Source: Capsulimonadales bacterium (GTDB taxonomy: Bacteria; Armatimonadota; Armatimonadia; Armatimonadales; Armatimonadaceae). From it: a stretch of 47,891 bases of DNA. Shown here one piece after another: positions 36,834-45,765 of this stretch. Position 1 is the stretch's first letter. Each line of letters starts with the position of its first letter. The notes under the pieces are model-generated. The model saw nothing but the letters and a program-made list of their open reading frames with translations, ran no database searches and was not told the DNA's origin. The position numbers and the translations under genes were made by a program. The DNA lies in assembly GCA_033762295.1 (NCBI GenBank), contig JANRLW010000116.1, forward strand, positions 1 to 47,891, written 5' to 3'.

Positions 36834-37784
36834 CTACGGAGTGAAAGACTCGAATTCGACGATTTCTCGCTTGATTCCGGCGACAATGGAGCTTAACCCC
36901 AAAAGGGTATCCACGCCGGAGCCGCCTTTGAACACGGCGTCCGCCACTACCCGTACGCCGGATGCCGTCACCCGGTCATTTCCCGCATCCGCGTCAACGG
37001 TCAGGGATTTGAACGAGCGAACTCGGGTAAGGCTGACAACATCATTGCCCACACCGGTCGTTACGGACACATCCTCACCGGCAGACGAATCTGCGAGCGT
37101 CACGCGGTTCGCTCCATCACCAGCAACGATACCCAGTGAGCGGTTGACCGTCAGAAAACTCGCATTGACAATATCCGCGCCGAGTCCGGTCTCCACGAAC
37201 AAATCGCCCTGAACAATCGTATTGGTGAAGCGAACGGTATCGTTGGCGTCGTTGCTCAGGATGGTGAGGTTTTGCCCAATGCTTGCCCCATTGAAGGTGA
37301 CGGTTCCGATGCCTTCGGCGGTATCGATAACGAGGTCGCCTATTACGGTCAGGTTGGAACCGTTCACCCGGTCGTCACCCTGCCCGCCGTATACCTCGAT
37401 AACCGCGCCTGCAAAGTCGCCGTTCAACGTGGCAGTGTCGTTCCCGTCGCCCAAGTCCACCTTCAGATCGGATTCCGGTCGCAGTCGCACCAGGGTAACG
37501 GTATCGTTGCCCGCGCCCGTCTTGATGTCGGCGGCGACGATGCCGAGAGCGGGGAAGGAGACCGAAGGCAAGCCGTTAATGGTGGTGCCGTTCAACCCCA
37601 CCACCGTAATAAGTCCCGCGCCGTTCTGTGTGGCGCGGAAAGCGTTGTTGCCGGAGTCGCCATCAATGTAGAGCGTGTTGCTTTCGTAGCGCGCACTGAC
37701 ATCTCCGGGTTGCGCCTGGGCGGCGGTTCCCATACCGATGAGAGCGATCCCCGCGCAGAGAGAGAGATAACGAGATACGTTCAT
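36834..37784 (-). CDS. Secreted Gly/Asp/Asn-rich beta-solenoid-like protein
   Basis: Signal peptide ending AQA-Q; recurring ~22-aa units of the type DL.VDLGDGNDTVTL / TGAGNDTV / TGVGNDVV. Confidence 0.85.
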   Translation of the reverse strand: MNVSRYLSLCAGIALIGMGTAAQAQPGDVSARYESNTLYIDGDSGNNAFRATQNGAGLITVVGLNGTTINGLPSVSFPALGIVAADIKTGAGNDTVTLVRLRPESDLKVDLGDGNDTATLNGDFAGAVIEVYGGQGDDRVNGSNLTVIGDLVIDTAEGIGTVTFNGASIGQNLTILSNDANDTVRFTNTIVQGDLFVETGLGADIVNASFLTVNRSLGIVAGDGANRVTLADSSAGEDVSVTTGVGNDVVSLTRVRSFKSLTVDADAGNDRVTASGVRVVADAVFKGGSGVDTLLGLSSIVAGIKREIVEFESFTP

Positions 37785-38006
37785 TCGAGAATTCCTTCTT
37801 TAGCCCGGCCTTCGTTGTGCGGCGATAGAGAATCGCCGGTAGGCCGCAGGGTTCACTGTTATAGAGAACGGGGGCGCGAAGAAACGTACACGCCGCGAAG
37901 AAGACAAGGGATATTTTTCTTGCCCGCCCGAATCGAAGTCCTGCAAAAAACAAGGACTACCGGAAAGGTATATCCGGTAGTCCTGGCGGCAGGATGCGAG
38001 GGAGTT

Positions 38007-39317
38007 TCAGCGCGGGGTGTTTCGCACCGCTCTTTCGATGTCTATGAGGCCCGCGCCAAGTAGCCCCGCGCTGTTCGGATTCGCTGCCGCAACCGAACGT
38101 GCCGTGTTTCGGATGTAGGCGCGGACCGTCGCTCCGGTAAGCGATGCATTGCGGGAGAACATCAGCGCCGCCTGTCCGGCGACGAACGGCGCGGCAAAGG
38201 AGGTGCCGGACCAGAGGGCGTACCCGCCGGTATGGAACGGACCGTGAATCCCGTTGCCCGGAGCACACACGGAGATATACGAGCCATAGTTCGAGAAGGG
38301 GGAACGCTGCCCGTTGGTGTCGAGCGATGCGACTGCCATAACACCCGGGTAGGCGGCGGGCCAGCGCGGTTGATTGACGCCATCATTCCCGGCTGACGTG
38401 ACAATGAGAATGCCTTGCGAGATCGCCTGGGCGATACTTTCGTCCATGATCCGCAGGCGCGTCGCGGAACTCAGGCTCAGATTGATAACCCGGCAGCCTT
38501 CGCTCTGCGAGAAGACGATCCCTTTAATCACGTTGAGGCCGCTACCCCAACCGTCCCCGTTCAGCACGCGAACGGGGACTATATCGGCTTGCGGCGCGAT
38601 TCGGGCGACCATACCGGCAACCATAGTTCCATGCCCTACCGAATAGTTGGTGACACCGTCCGGCATATCCAGGGGCGGCAGGTCTTTGTTTATCGCGTTA
38701 AACCCCTGCGTACAGCGTCCGTACAGCGCGGGATGCTCCGGATTCACGCCCGTATCAAGGACCGCGACTTTGATTCCCTCACCGGTGGCGAGCGAATGGA
38801 CTGCGCCCAGACGCACCTGTCGGTAGGCGACCTGATGGACATACGCCTCTGTGACCACGCCTGCCGCCTGCAATTCAAGGATGCTGGCGCCCTGGGAGAT
38901 ATAGTCCGAGACGTTGCGGTTTTCGGCAATGGGGGACGGCTTCCGTTCAAAGGGCAGCGTTTTCGGGTCGCCGAAGAAGGTGTCCGGTTCGGCGTGCTGA
39001 ATGGCGGGGATCGTTCGGAGGCGGTTCGCGAATCGCGTTTCCGTCGTTCCCGCAGGTAGCCGGAGGGCGTAGATATTGGTATTGGGGACTTGCTCCAGAA
39101 TCAGCGTATCTTCGGCATCATCGTCATCGTCACCATTGATGGCCTTGATGACGTCCGAGATACTTGCGCCATCGCGCACCCGCGCCAGAACATACCCCGG
39201 CACGATCCCATCCGCCCACGCGCCGCGTATCGGCAACAGGAGCAACGGCAGTCCGAATAGTAGAAATGAGAATGCAAATCGCCACAATGGGCGCTTCAGT
39301 ATACTTCGTTGTTTCAT
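38007..39317 (-). CDS. Secreted S8 (subtilisin-like) serine peptidase
   Basis: Signal peptide, propeptide, triad VAVLDTGV / GHGTMVAG / SGTSFAAP, oxyanion SAGN. Confidence 0.95.
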   Translation of the reverse strand: MKQRSILKRPLWRFAFSFLLFGLPLLLLPIRGAWADGIVPGYVLARVRDGASISDVIKAINGDDDDDAEDTLILEQVPNTNIYALRLPAGTTETRFANRLRTIPAIQHAEPDTFFGDPKTLPFERKPSPIAENRNVSDYISQGASILELQAAGVVTEAYVHQVAYRQVRLGAVHSLATGEGIKVAVLDTGVNPEHPALYGRCTQGFNAINKDLPPLDMPDGVTNYSVGHGTMVAGMVARIAPQADIVPVRVLNGDGWGSGLNVIKGIVFSQSEGCRVINLSLSSATRLRIMDESIAQAISQGILIVTSAGNDGVNQPRWPAAYPGVMAVASLDTNGQRSPFSNYGSYISVCAPGNGIHGPFHTGGYALWSGTSFAAPFVAGQAALMFSRNASLTGATVRAYIRNTARSVAAANPNSAGLLGAGLIDIERAVRNTPR

Positions 39318-39409
39318 AAACGTACTTCCCTTCGGAAAACTCCTCTTCCACCTTTTTCACTATTATATTCGTTGCCTGTTCGCAGAGTATACGGGTTTTT
39401 GTACAGGAG

Positions 39410-42319
39410 TTAACGCTCGCCCATCAGGATAAACGCTCCCCAGTAGTAGGGATGGGGGTAGGCCTCTCGCGTCTCTCGTTGCGCCGCACGTAGCGCCGCC
39501 GCCTTACCGCTCCGGTTCAAACCACTCCGGTTAAGGTGGCGGTAAAAACGGGTCATCAGGTAGGTTGTCGCCGCATCGTCCACAGGCCACAGGCTTGCCG
39601 CCACGGAACGAGCCCCGGCGGAGAGAAAGCCGCGTGGTATCCCGAAAAGTTCATCTCCGGCATCCACCTGCCCTACGCCGGTTCGACAGGCGGAGAGAGT
39701 GGCCAGGTCGCAACGCAGGCGTATCTGATAAAGGTCTCTTGCAAGGAGCCAACCATTCGCGAACTGCAGACCGGAGAACAGGGGGTTGTCCGCCCGAAAC
39801 ATCGCATGGGTCGCCAGATGGAGCACAGAGCAGTGCCCGGCCTGCCTATGAAAATTCTCCAGCGTCGCCTCGTCGCCCAGATAGGCGGTCGCGTCGGGCA
39901 GAAGCTCTTTCAGTTCGGTAATCTCCTCGGTAATACGCGTCAGCGTTGGCGAGGGCAAACCCATCAGCAGTGTCAACGCGGATGCCGGTCCCACGTTCCC
40001 TTTTTCGGCGGGCGCGTCGGATGCCGAACGTCGTCCGGTGGTATACCAGACGGCGGCGCTTGGTGCGTAAAGGAACTCCCATCGGTCCAGAAGGAACGCC
40101 TCGCCATCCTGGAACAGGTGGAAGGGCAAACCGTGCAACGGCCCGTGCGGCACGACGACCAGCGCTTCGCTATCGGCAAGAAAGGGGACGAGCGGTGCGA
40201 AAAGCAGGGAGTACAGACCTCCCAATGTTTCACGGATTTCGGTTTGCATCATCCCGGAGTACCGCTCCGTATATTCTGTCCGGAGCGCCATTTTTTGCAG
40301 TTGGTACCGTAAGCGACGTGCCAGCGGGGCCACGGAATCCCAATTCGCGATTCGCGCACAGGCGCGAATCGCACCGCGATTCATGATAAAGACGGAGATC
40401 GCATCACCAACAAGATAGAACTCGACCAGCGTCTCGTCAGGACGTAGGGCGTTCTGAATCGCCGATGGCGCGACGACAGCCGACAGGGTGAAGTTGGCCC
40501 CGTCTTCCTGTTCGACGCGGTGGGCCGCCTCCTCATACGCCTTTTCCAGCGCGGAAAGCGTCGCCGACTCGTCCGTTCGCCCCGCCGGACTGCCGCCGAG
40601 TCGCCGGACGTTGTCGCTCTGCGCGGCATCCTGCGTCCGATGATAGTTCACGCTGAGTTGCGCACGCAGTTCCGCCAACCGAACGCGAGCGGGGGTCGTT
40701 CTCCGGGTCGCGGATGCCGGGTTTTCGAGGGTGGTGAGGAGGCGTTCCAGCAACAGGCGGGATTTGGCCCGCTCCACATACTCCAGCGCCTCAATAATGT
40801 CCTGACGCCGCCCTCGCGTCAGGAGCGTACCGACGATCTCCTCATAGGCCGACATCTTATCCCGAAGGTAGGCGGTATGCAGTTCTTCCGGCGCGATGAG
40901 GGTACGGGTCCGTTCCAGCGCGGCGACGCTCGCCCGAAAATGACGCAAAGCGCGTCCGGTCTCCGAACGCCCTGCGAAGTAGCGGCCCAGAGCGCGTTCG
41001 GCCCGGCACTCCAGCCAGCCGCGTCCCTCCCGGCGAGCGATTCGGACCAGGGAAGCCATTCGCCGCGTGCCGGCTCCCGTTTCCGCGAGGGCGCGTGCCA
41101 CCGGCAGCCAACGCGCCTCCGCCGCCCATCCGGATAAGCGTGCCCGCGAAAAAACCCGCGCCGCCCGAAAGGCGCTCGCATCCGCTTCGTCGGCTCGCCC
41201 TTGCCGGTCGAAAAAGTGCGCGCGAAGGAGGTGGACATGGGCGGACTGCACGGCATTTCGCTGACGATGAAAGATAGAGGAGGCTTCTTCCATAGCGGCG
41301 AATGCCTCCGCATCGCGGTGTTGAGCAAGGAGGATGGCGGCGCGTCCGAATTCCGCCCGCGCCCGGTCGTAATCCGCATCCATTTGAGCAAAGGTCGCGG
41401 CGGCGCGTTCATAACAATCGAGGGCTTCGGGAAGAAGGTTAAGCGACCGATAGGCGTCGCCGCTGTCCGTATCTGCCTGCGCCGCGCCTTCGTTATCGCC
41501 TATCTGTGTGAAGGCTAAACGGGCGCGGTCCAGCGACTGTAGCGCGAGGGCATAACGCCCGGAGACATAATAAAGGAAGCCGAGATTCGTCTCCGCAGTC
41601 GCGGCAAAAACGGGCATTTCCTGGCCCGTGAAGATATCCAGTGCGGACTCGTAGAGTTCAATCGCCTCTTCGATACGATTCAGGGAGGTCAGAGCGATGG
41701 CGGCATTCAGCCAGGTTCGCGCGAGAGAGAGCGTGTCGTTCCGCTCCAAGAAGATAGCGGCGGCCTGACGGTATGCGTCCAGTGCGCTCGTATATTCGTC
41801 CTGGCGGTAGCGCAAAATACCGATGTTGACCAGGACGCGGGCCGCTTCTTCCGGCGCGCCCCGCGAGAGAAGCTCCTCAACGAGTTGGTTACCCAGTGCG
41901 AACGCTTCCGGGACGCGGTTTAGCCGTCCCAGAGCATCCACCGCGCCAATCTGCACGGTAGCCGTCAGGAGAGGGTCGCCCGCCTCTCTCGCAACCCGCG
42001 CCGCATTCTGCGTCTCCCGCACGACATCCGCATACCGCCCGAGTGCCTGAAAGCCGCGAACCCGCACCCGCGCAGCCTGGGCCCGTGTTGCCGCGGTCTG
42101 CGTTCCGAGCGGCGCACGTTCGCAGACGGCATCCACCAGGTCGGCGCGACGCAGGGATTCCACCGGGTCGGCCCGCGCGGCATCCCAGGCGGCTTCCAGC
42201 AGAAGGGTCAGGCACTCCGGCTCGCGGGCCGCCGCCAACAGGAGCGATTCGCGCCGCGCATCGCTGCTCTCTTCCAGAAGCCGCCCAACAATATCTCGCG
42301 CCGAGGTCACAGGACGCAT
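39410..42319 (-). CDS. TPR-CHAT (caspase-like) protease
   Basis: Long TPR array; VERAKSR, VVVPHGPLHGLPF, HLATHA (His), LSACRTG (Cys), ASLWPVDD, HPYYWGAF. Confidence 0.95.
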   Translation of the reverse strand: MRPVTSARDIVGRLLEESSDARRESLLLAAAREPECLTLLLEAAWDAARADPVESLRRADLVDAVCERAPLGTQTAATRAQAARVRVRGFQALGRYADVVRETQNAARVAREAGDPLLTATVQIGAVDALGRLNRVPEAFALGNQLVEELLSRGAPEEAARVLVNIGILRYRQDEYTSALDAYRQAAAIFLERNDTLSLARTWLNAAIALTSLNRIEEAIELYESALDIFTGQEMPVFAATAETNLGFLYYVSGRYALALQSLDRARLAFTQIGDNEGAAQADTDSGDAYRSLNLLPEALDCYERAAATFAQMDADYDRARAEFGRAAILLAQHRDAEAFAAMEEASSIFHRQRNAVQSAHVHLLRAHFFDRQGRADEADASAFRAARVFSRARLSGWAAEARWLPVARALAETGAGTRRMASLVRIARREGRGWLECRAERALGRYFAGRSETGRALRHFRASVAALERTRTLIAPEELHTAYLRDKMSAYEEIVGTLLTRGRRQDIIEALEYVERAKSRLLLERLLTTLENPASATRRTTPARVRLAELRAQLSVNYHRTQDAAQSDNVRRLGGSPAGRTDESATLSALEKAYEEAAHRVEQEDGANFTLSAVVAPSAIQNALRPDETLVEFYLVGDAISVFIMNRGAIRACARIANWDSVAPLARRLRYQLQKMALRTEYTERYSGMMQTEIRETLGGLYSLLFAPLVPFLADSEALVVVPHGPLHGLPFHLFQDGEAFLLDRWEFLYAPSAAVWYTTGRRSASDAPAEKGNVGPASALTLLMGLPSPTLTRITEEITELKELLPDATAYLGDEATLENFHRQAGHCSVLHLATHAMFRADNPLFSGLQFANGWLLARDLYQIRLRCDLATLSACRTGVGQVDAGDELFGIPRGFLSAGARSVAASLWPVDDAATTYLMTRFYRHLNRSGLNRSGKAAALRAAQRETREAYPHPYYWGAFILMGER

Positions 42320-42339
42320 GGAAATATCGTGCTTCCTGT

Positions 42340-42957
42340 CTAATCCCCGACCCGAACGTCGGAGAGGACGATGCCTTCATCGGCAAGCAGTAAGCGAACG
42401 GTGTAGACTCCGGGCGGAAGGTCGGGGACATGAAACTCGCCCCCGTCCGGCAGTGCGAACAGCGGTTCTACTCCCGGTTCGGCAGGTGTCAGCGTAACGG
42501 CATCCGGTTCAACCGCCGCGCCTTCCGCACGGGAACGGACCTGTCCGATAAGGTAGAACGCGCGGGCTTCCGTTTGTTCGCCCCAGAGGTCAATATCGAA
42601 GCGTTCCGTACTGTAGAGACGCTGGAAACCGCCGCTGCCCGCATCGCGTACCCCGGCAAGGGCGGGCGCGCCCATTCTGCTGTCAAACACAAGCCGCGCC
42701 AGGACGTCACGGAGCGACGGAGACGGACGCCGCTCCCGAAACAGTCGGGACGCTTTGCGCACCACACGCTCCGGCGGACGGACAAACTGCGTTGCCTGCT
42801 GAATCGCTCTCACGGTCCCGGCAAGCCAGGCGAGATGGGTCTGACATCGGACGCAACCTTGCGCCAGATGCAGGGCGATACGCGCCCGTTCCGTTTCCGG
42901 CAAAGCGCCGTCCTGGTACTGCGCCAGCATTTCCGGTGGTACATCACACTCATTCAT
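42340..42957 (-). CDS. Soluble zinc-finger anti-sigma-like protein with C-terminal beta-sandwich domain
   Basis: LAQYQDGAL...ALHLAQGCVRC (zf-HC2-like), ARLVFDS...AGVR, DGGEFHVPDLPPGVYTVRL; no TM segment; directly follows the ECF sigma gene. Confidence 0.85.
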   Translation of the reverse strand: MNECDVPPEMLAQYQDGALPETERARIALHLAQGCVRCQTHLAWLAGTVRAIQQATQFVRPPERVVRKASRLFRERRPSPSLRDVLARLVFDSRMGAPALAGVRDAGSGGFQRLYSTERFDIDLWGEQTEARAFYLIGQVRSRAEGAAVEPDAVTLTPAEPGVEPLFALPDGGEFHVPDLPPGVYTVRLLLADEGIVLSDVRVGD

Positions 42958-43017
42958 AACCGTCTCACCTTTACCCCTTACGTCTATAGAGGCCGGAGTA
43001 GCATCCAAACGTACAAT

Positions 43018-43572
43018 TCAGTCTTCAGATTTCTCCAGTATTTCTTTCAGGCGTTGCAGGCACCGGGAGCGGTTGGGACTGACGCTATTGAGGGGGATTT
43101 GCAGTTGGTGCGCGGCATCCGCATAGGACGCGGGCGGTTCCTGCACATACAGCAGGTGGAGCAGTCGTTGGCAAGTGGGCGAAAGCCGTTCCATACCGAC
43201 CCGGATCTCCCAGGCGCGTTCCATCTCCAGCAGAATCTCCTCCGGGGTCCCGCCCGACTCCTTGCCGACAGGGATGGCGGATTCCAGGAGCCACTCCTCG
43301 GAAACCGCTTCCGAAAACGGGGGTATGTTCTCTCGTCGGAACCGTTTCCATGCCGCGCGGCGTGTGGTGGTAATCAGCCAGTGGGGGAGGCGCGTGGTTT
43401 CCCGCAGGTCCGCCAGATGTTCATAGAGGAGGATGGAGACCTCCTGCACCACATCTTCGGCATCCGCATCCGGCAATCCCAATCGGCGGGCTGTCGTAAA
43501 GAGGAGTGCGGCATATCGGCCAATCAGCGCATCCCAGGCGGGCGGGTGATTCGCGAGACAGAGCGCAACCAA
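43018..43572 (-). CDS. ECF RNA polymerase sigma-70 factor (true start probably further upstream)
   Basis: AWDALIGRY, DAEDVVQEV, WLITTTRR, LSPTCQRLL.LLY...SYADAA..L.IP.NSVSPNRSRCLQRL. Confidence 0.9.
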   Translation of the reverse strand: MVALCLANHPPAWDALIGRYAALLFTTARRLGLPDADAEDVVQEVSILLYEHLADLRETTRLPHWLITTTRRAAWKRFRRENIPPFSEAVSEEWLLESAIPVGKESGGTPEEILLEMERAWEIRVGMERLSPTCQRLLHLLYVQEPPASYADAAHQLQIPLNSVSPNRSRCLQRLKEILEKSED

Positions 43573-43909
43573 GCGGGCATCCGACAGCGTTCCTATGGCG
43601 GGCGTTCCGCTCGCGACGGTTTCTACGACGCGCGATTGTCTTCCGCGAAAGATGGGCGCATCCTCCTGAACATTCCTACAATTATCATTGTGTTCAGGAT
43701 ATTATACTCAACCTTTCCGCCTTTCTCGGTTGCGATAGCCAATAGCGGTTCTCCGCCACTTATAAAGGGGAAGGCGGCGAAGGCCGGACCCCCGATCCTT
43801 ACGGAAACACCGACCGTGACCGGCAAAATCTGAGGCGTTCCCGGCACCGTTGGCGCGTTTGACCGCCAGGTGATTTCCACAGCGATCCGGTAATGGCGCG
43901 AAAGCGCTC

Positions 43910-44323
43910 TCAGTGGGCGATCCGTTCCTGGCCGAACCATGCCAGAATCAGGAGAGTAATGATCAGCAGTCGGACCAGCGAGCGGTAAGCGCGCAGACGT
44001 CGACGCAGAAACCGCACTTCGGCCAGCATTTGCCTCTCGCGCCCCGTTAGATCGCTGTCGGACGACGTCGGCGTTTCGACCGGCGTCCCCGCAATGCCCG
44101 ACGGGAAACGATGGCCGCAGTAACGACAGACACGCGCCCCGATACGGATGCGCTCGCCGCAGTCCGAACACGCGACCCGATTCTCGTTTCCCGCGCGATC
44201 GATCAGACGTTCCAGCACCGGCAACGCCGCAATCACCGCCAGATAGATCCACATCGTGTCCAGGTCCGTTTCCCTTTCCGCCGTCTCGTTGACGGAGCGT
44301 TTCGCCCCGCGATATTTTAACAT
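43910..44323 (-). CDS. Membrane protein with zinc ribbon
   Basis: GGAGG 7 nt before ATG 44323 (alternative start 44254); CSDCGE...CRYCGH between two hydrophobic segments. Confidence 0.7.
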   Translation of the reverse strand: MLKYRGAKRSVNETAERETDLDTMWIYLAVIAALPVLERLIDRAGNENRVACSDCGERIRIGARVCRYCGHRFPSGIAGTPVETPTSSDSDLTGRERQMLAEVRFLRRRLRAYRSLVRLLIITLLILAWFGQERIAH

Positions 44324-44395
44324 ACGTCCGCCTCCGACGGAGGGCGAAAGGCCGGAGCGTGCCCGCTTGAAGGAGTCCTGCCTTTCCGTAACGAA

Positions 44396-45754
44396 ATGGT
44401 GCGCATGACCAGCGTGACGAACATGAACGGAATTACCCGACGCGAACTGTTTCAAACGGCGGCGGGCGTCGGTGTGGGAGTGGCGACGACGGCGGTCCTG
44501 CCCGACCCGGCGGAGGCCCGGTCGGTGACGGCCGCCGAAACCATGCACAACGTGCCGTTCGAAAAGCGGGACACCGTTCGGATCGGCTTTATCGGTCTCG
44601 GCGGACGGGGCAGCGGACTGCTCGGCGACCTGCTCGCCCTGGACGGAGTCCGAATCCATGCGGTCTGCGACCTGGTGACCGAACGGGCGCAAAATGGCGC
44701 GGCGCGGGCCGAACAGGCCGGAATGGGCCGTCCCGAAGTCTACGGCGGGTCCGAGACGATCTACAAAAAACTGTGCGAACGGGATGACCTCGATCTGATC
44801 TACATCGCCACCCCCTGGGACTGGCATGTCCCCATGGCCGTCGCCGCTATGGAACACGGAAAGCATGCCGCCGTCGAAGTGCCCGCCGCCACGACCCTGG
44901 ACGAATGCTGGAAACTGGTCGATACGTCCGAAAAGACGCGCCGGCACTGCCTGATCCTGGAAAACTGTTGCTTCGGCTGGAGCGAGATGCTCGTCAGGAA
45001 TATGGTCCGTGCCGGTCGGTTCGGGCAACTGACCCATGGCGAGGCAGCCTATATCCATAACCTGCGCGGCCTGCTGCTCGCGGATTCGGGCGAGGGACTC
45101 TGGCGACGGTTCCCGCATATCAAGCGGAACGGCAACCTCTATCCGACGCACGGACTCGGGCCGGTCGCGCAGTACATGGAGATACACAACGGCGACCGCT
45201 TCGAACTCCTGGTCGCGATGAGCAGTCGGGAGGCGAGCCTGACCGAGTACCGGGACGCTCATCTTCCGGCCGACAGTCCGAAACGCAAGGAGAAATACCT
45301 CTGCGGCGACATGAACACCAGCCTGATACGCACCGCGCTCGGACGGACCATCCTGCTGCAGCACGATGTCGTGACGCCGCGTCCCTATTCCCGAATCAAC
45401 ATGATCGCCGGAACGAAGGGGACATTCTGCGACTATCCGCCGCGTATTCACCTCGACGGACAACCGGGCGGCGAGGAGTGGGCCTCACTCGATACGCACA
45501 AGGCGCAGTATGAGGATCGGCTCTGGACGAACATGGGCGAACTGGCCCGTAAACGGGGCGGGCATGGCGGCATGGACTTCCTGATGAATTACAGCGTCAT
45601 CCGCTGGATGCGCGAGGGGCTGGCCCCGGAAATGGATGTCTACGATGCCGCCGCCTGGAGCGCGCCCGGTCCGCTCTCCGATCTTTCGGTCGCCCGAGGC
45701 AGCCTGCCGATCAAGTTTCCCGACTTCACACGCGGTCACTGGCGAAAGGCGTAA
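44396..45754 (+). CDS. Gfo/Idh/MocA oxidoreductase, GH109 (alpha-N-acetylgalactosaminidase-like), Tat-exported
   Basis: TRRELF Tat motif, IGLGGRG, ATPWDWH, EVPAA, LENCC, YPTHGLGP, RPYSR, GGHGGMD. Confidence 0.92.
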   Translation: MVRMTSVTNMNGITRRELFQTAAGVGVGVATTAVLPDPAEARSVTAAETMHNVPFEKRDTVRIGFIGLGGRGSGLLGDLLALDGVRIHAVCDLVTERAQNGAARAEQAGMGRPEVYGGSETIYKKLCERDDLDLIYIATPWDWHVPMAVAAMEHGKHAAVEVPAATTLDECWKLVDTSEKTRRHCLILENCCFGWSEMLVRNMVRAGRFGQLTHGEAAYIHNLRGLLLADSGEGLWRRFPHIKRNGNLYPTHGLGPVAQYMEIHNGDRFELLVAMSSREASLTEYRDAHLPADSPKRKEKYLCGDMNTSLIRTALGRTILLQHDVVTPRPYSRINMIAGTKGTFCDYPPRIHLDGQPGGEEWASLDTHKAQYEDRLWTNMGELARKRGGHGGMDFLMNYSVIRWMREGLAPEMDVYDAAAWSAPGPLSDLSVARGSLPIKFPDFTRGHWRKA

Positions 45755-45765
45755 ACAATTCGCCG

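Noticed and set aside
43760..43910. Distal att site closing a second island
   Set aside because: No further copy of the tRNA-Glu 3' end was found by eye.
43910..45463. 517-aa minus-strand ORF
   Set aside because: The upstream part is antisense to the GH109 gene; only 43910-44323 looks coding.
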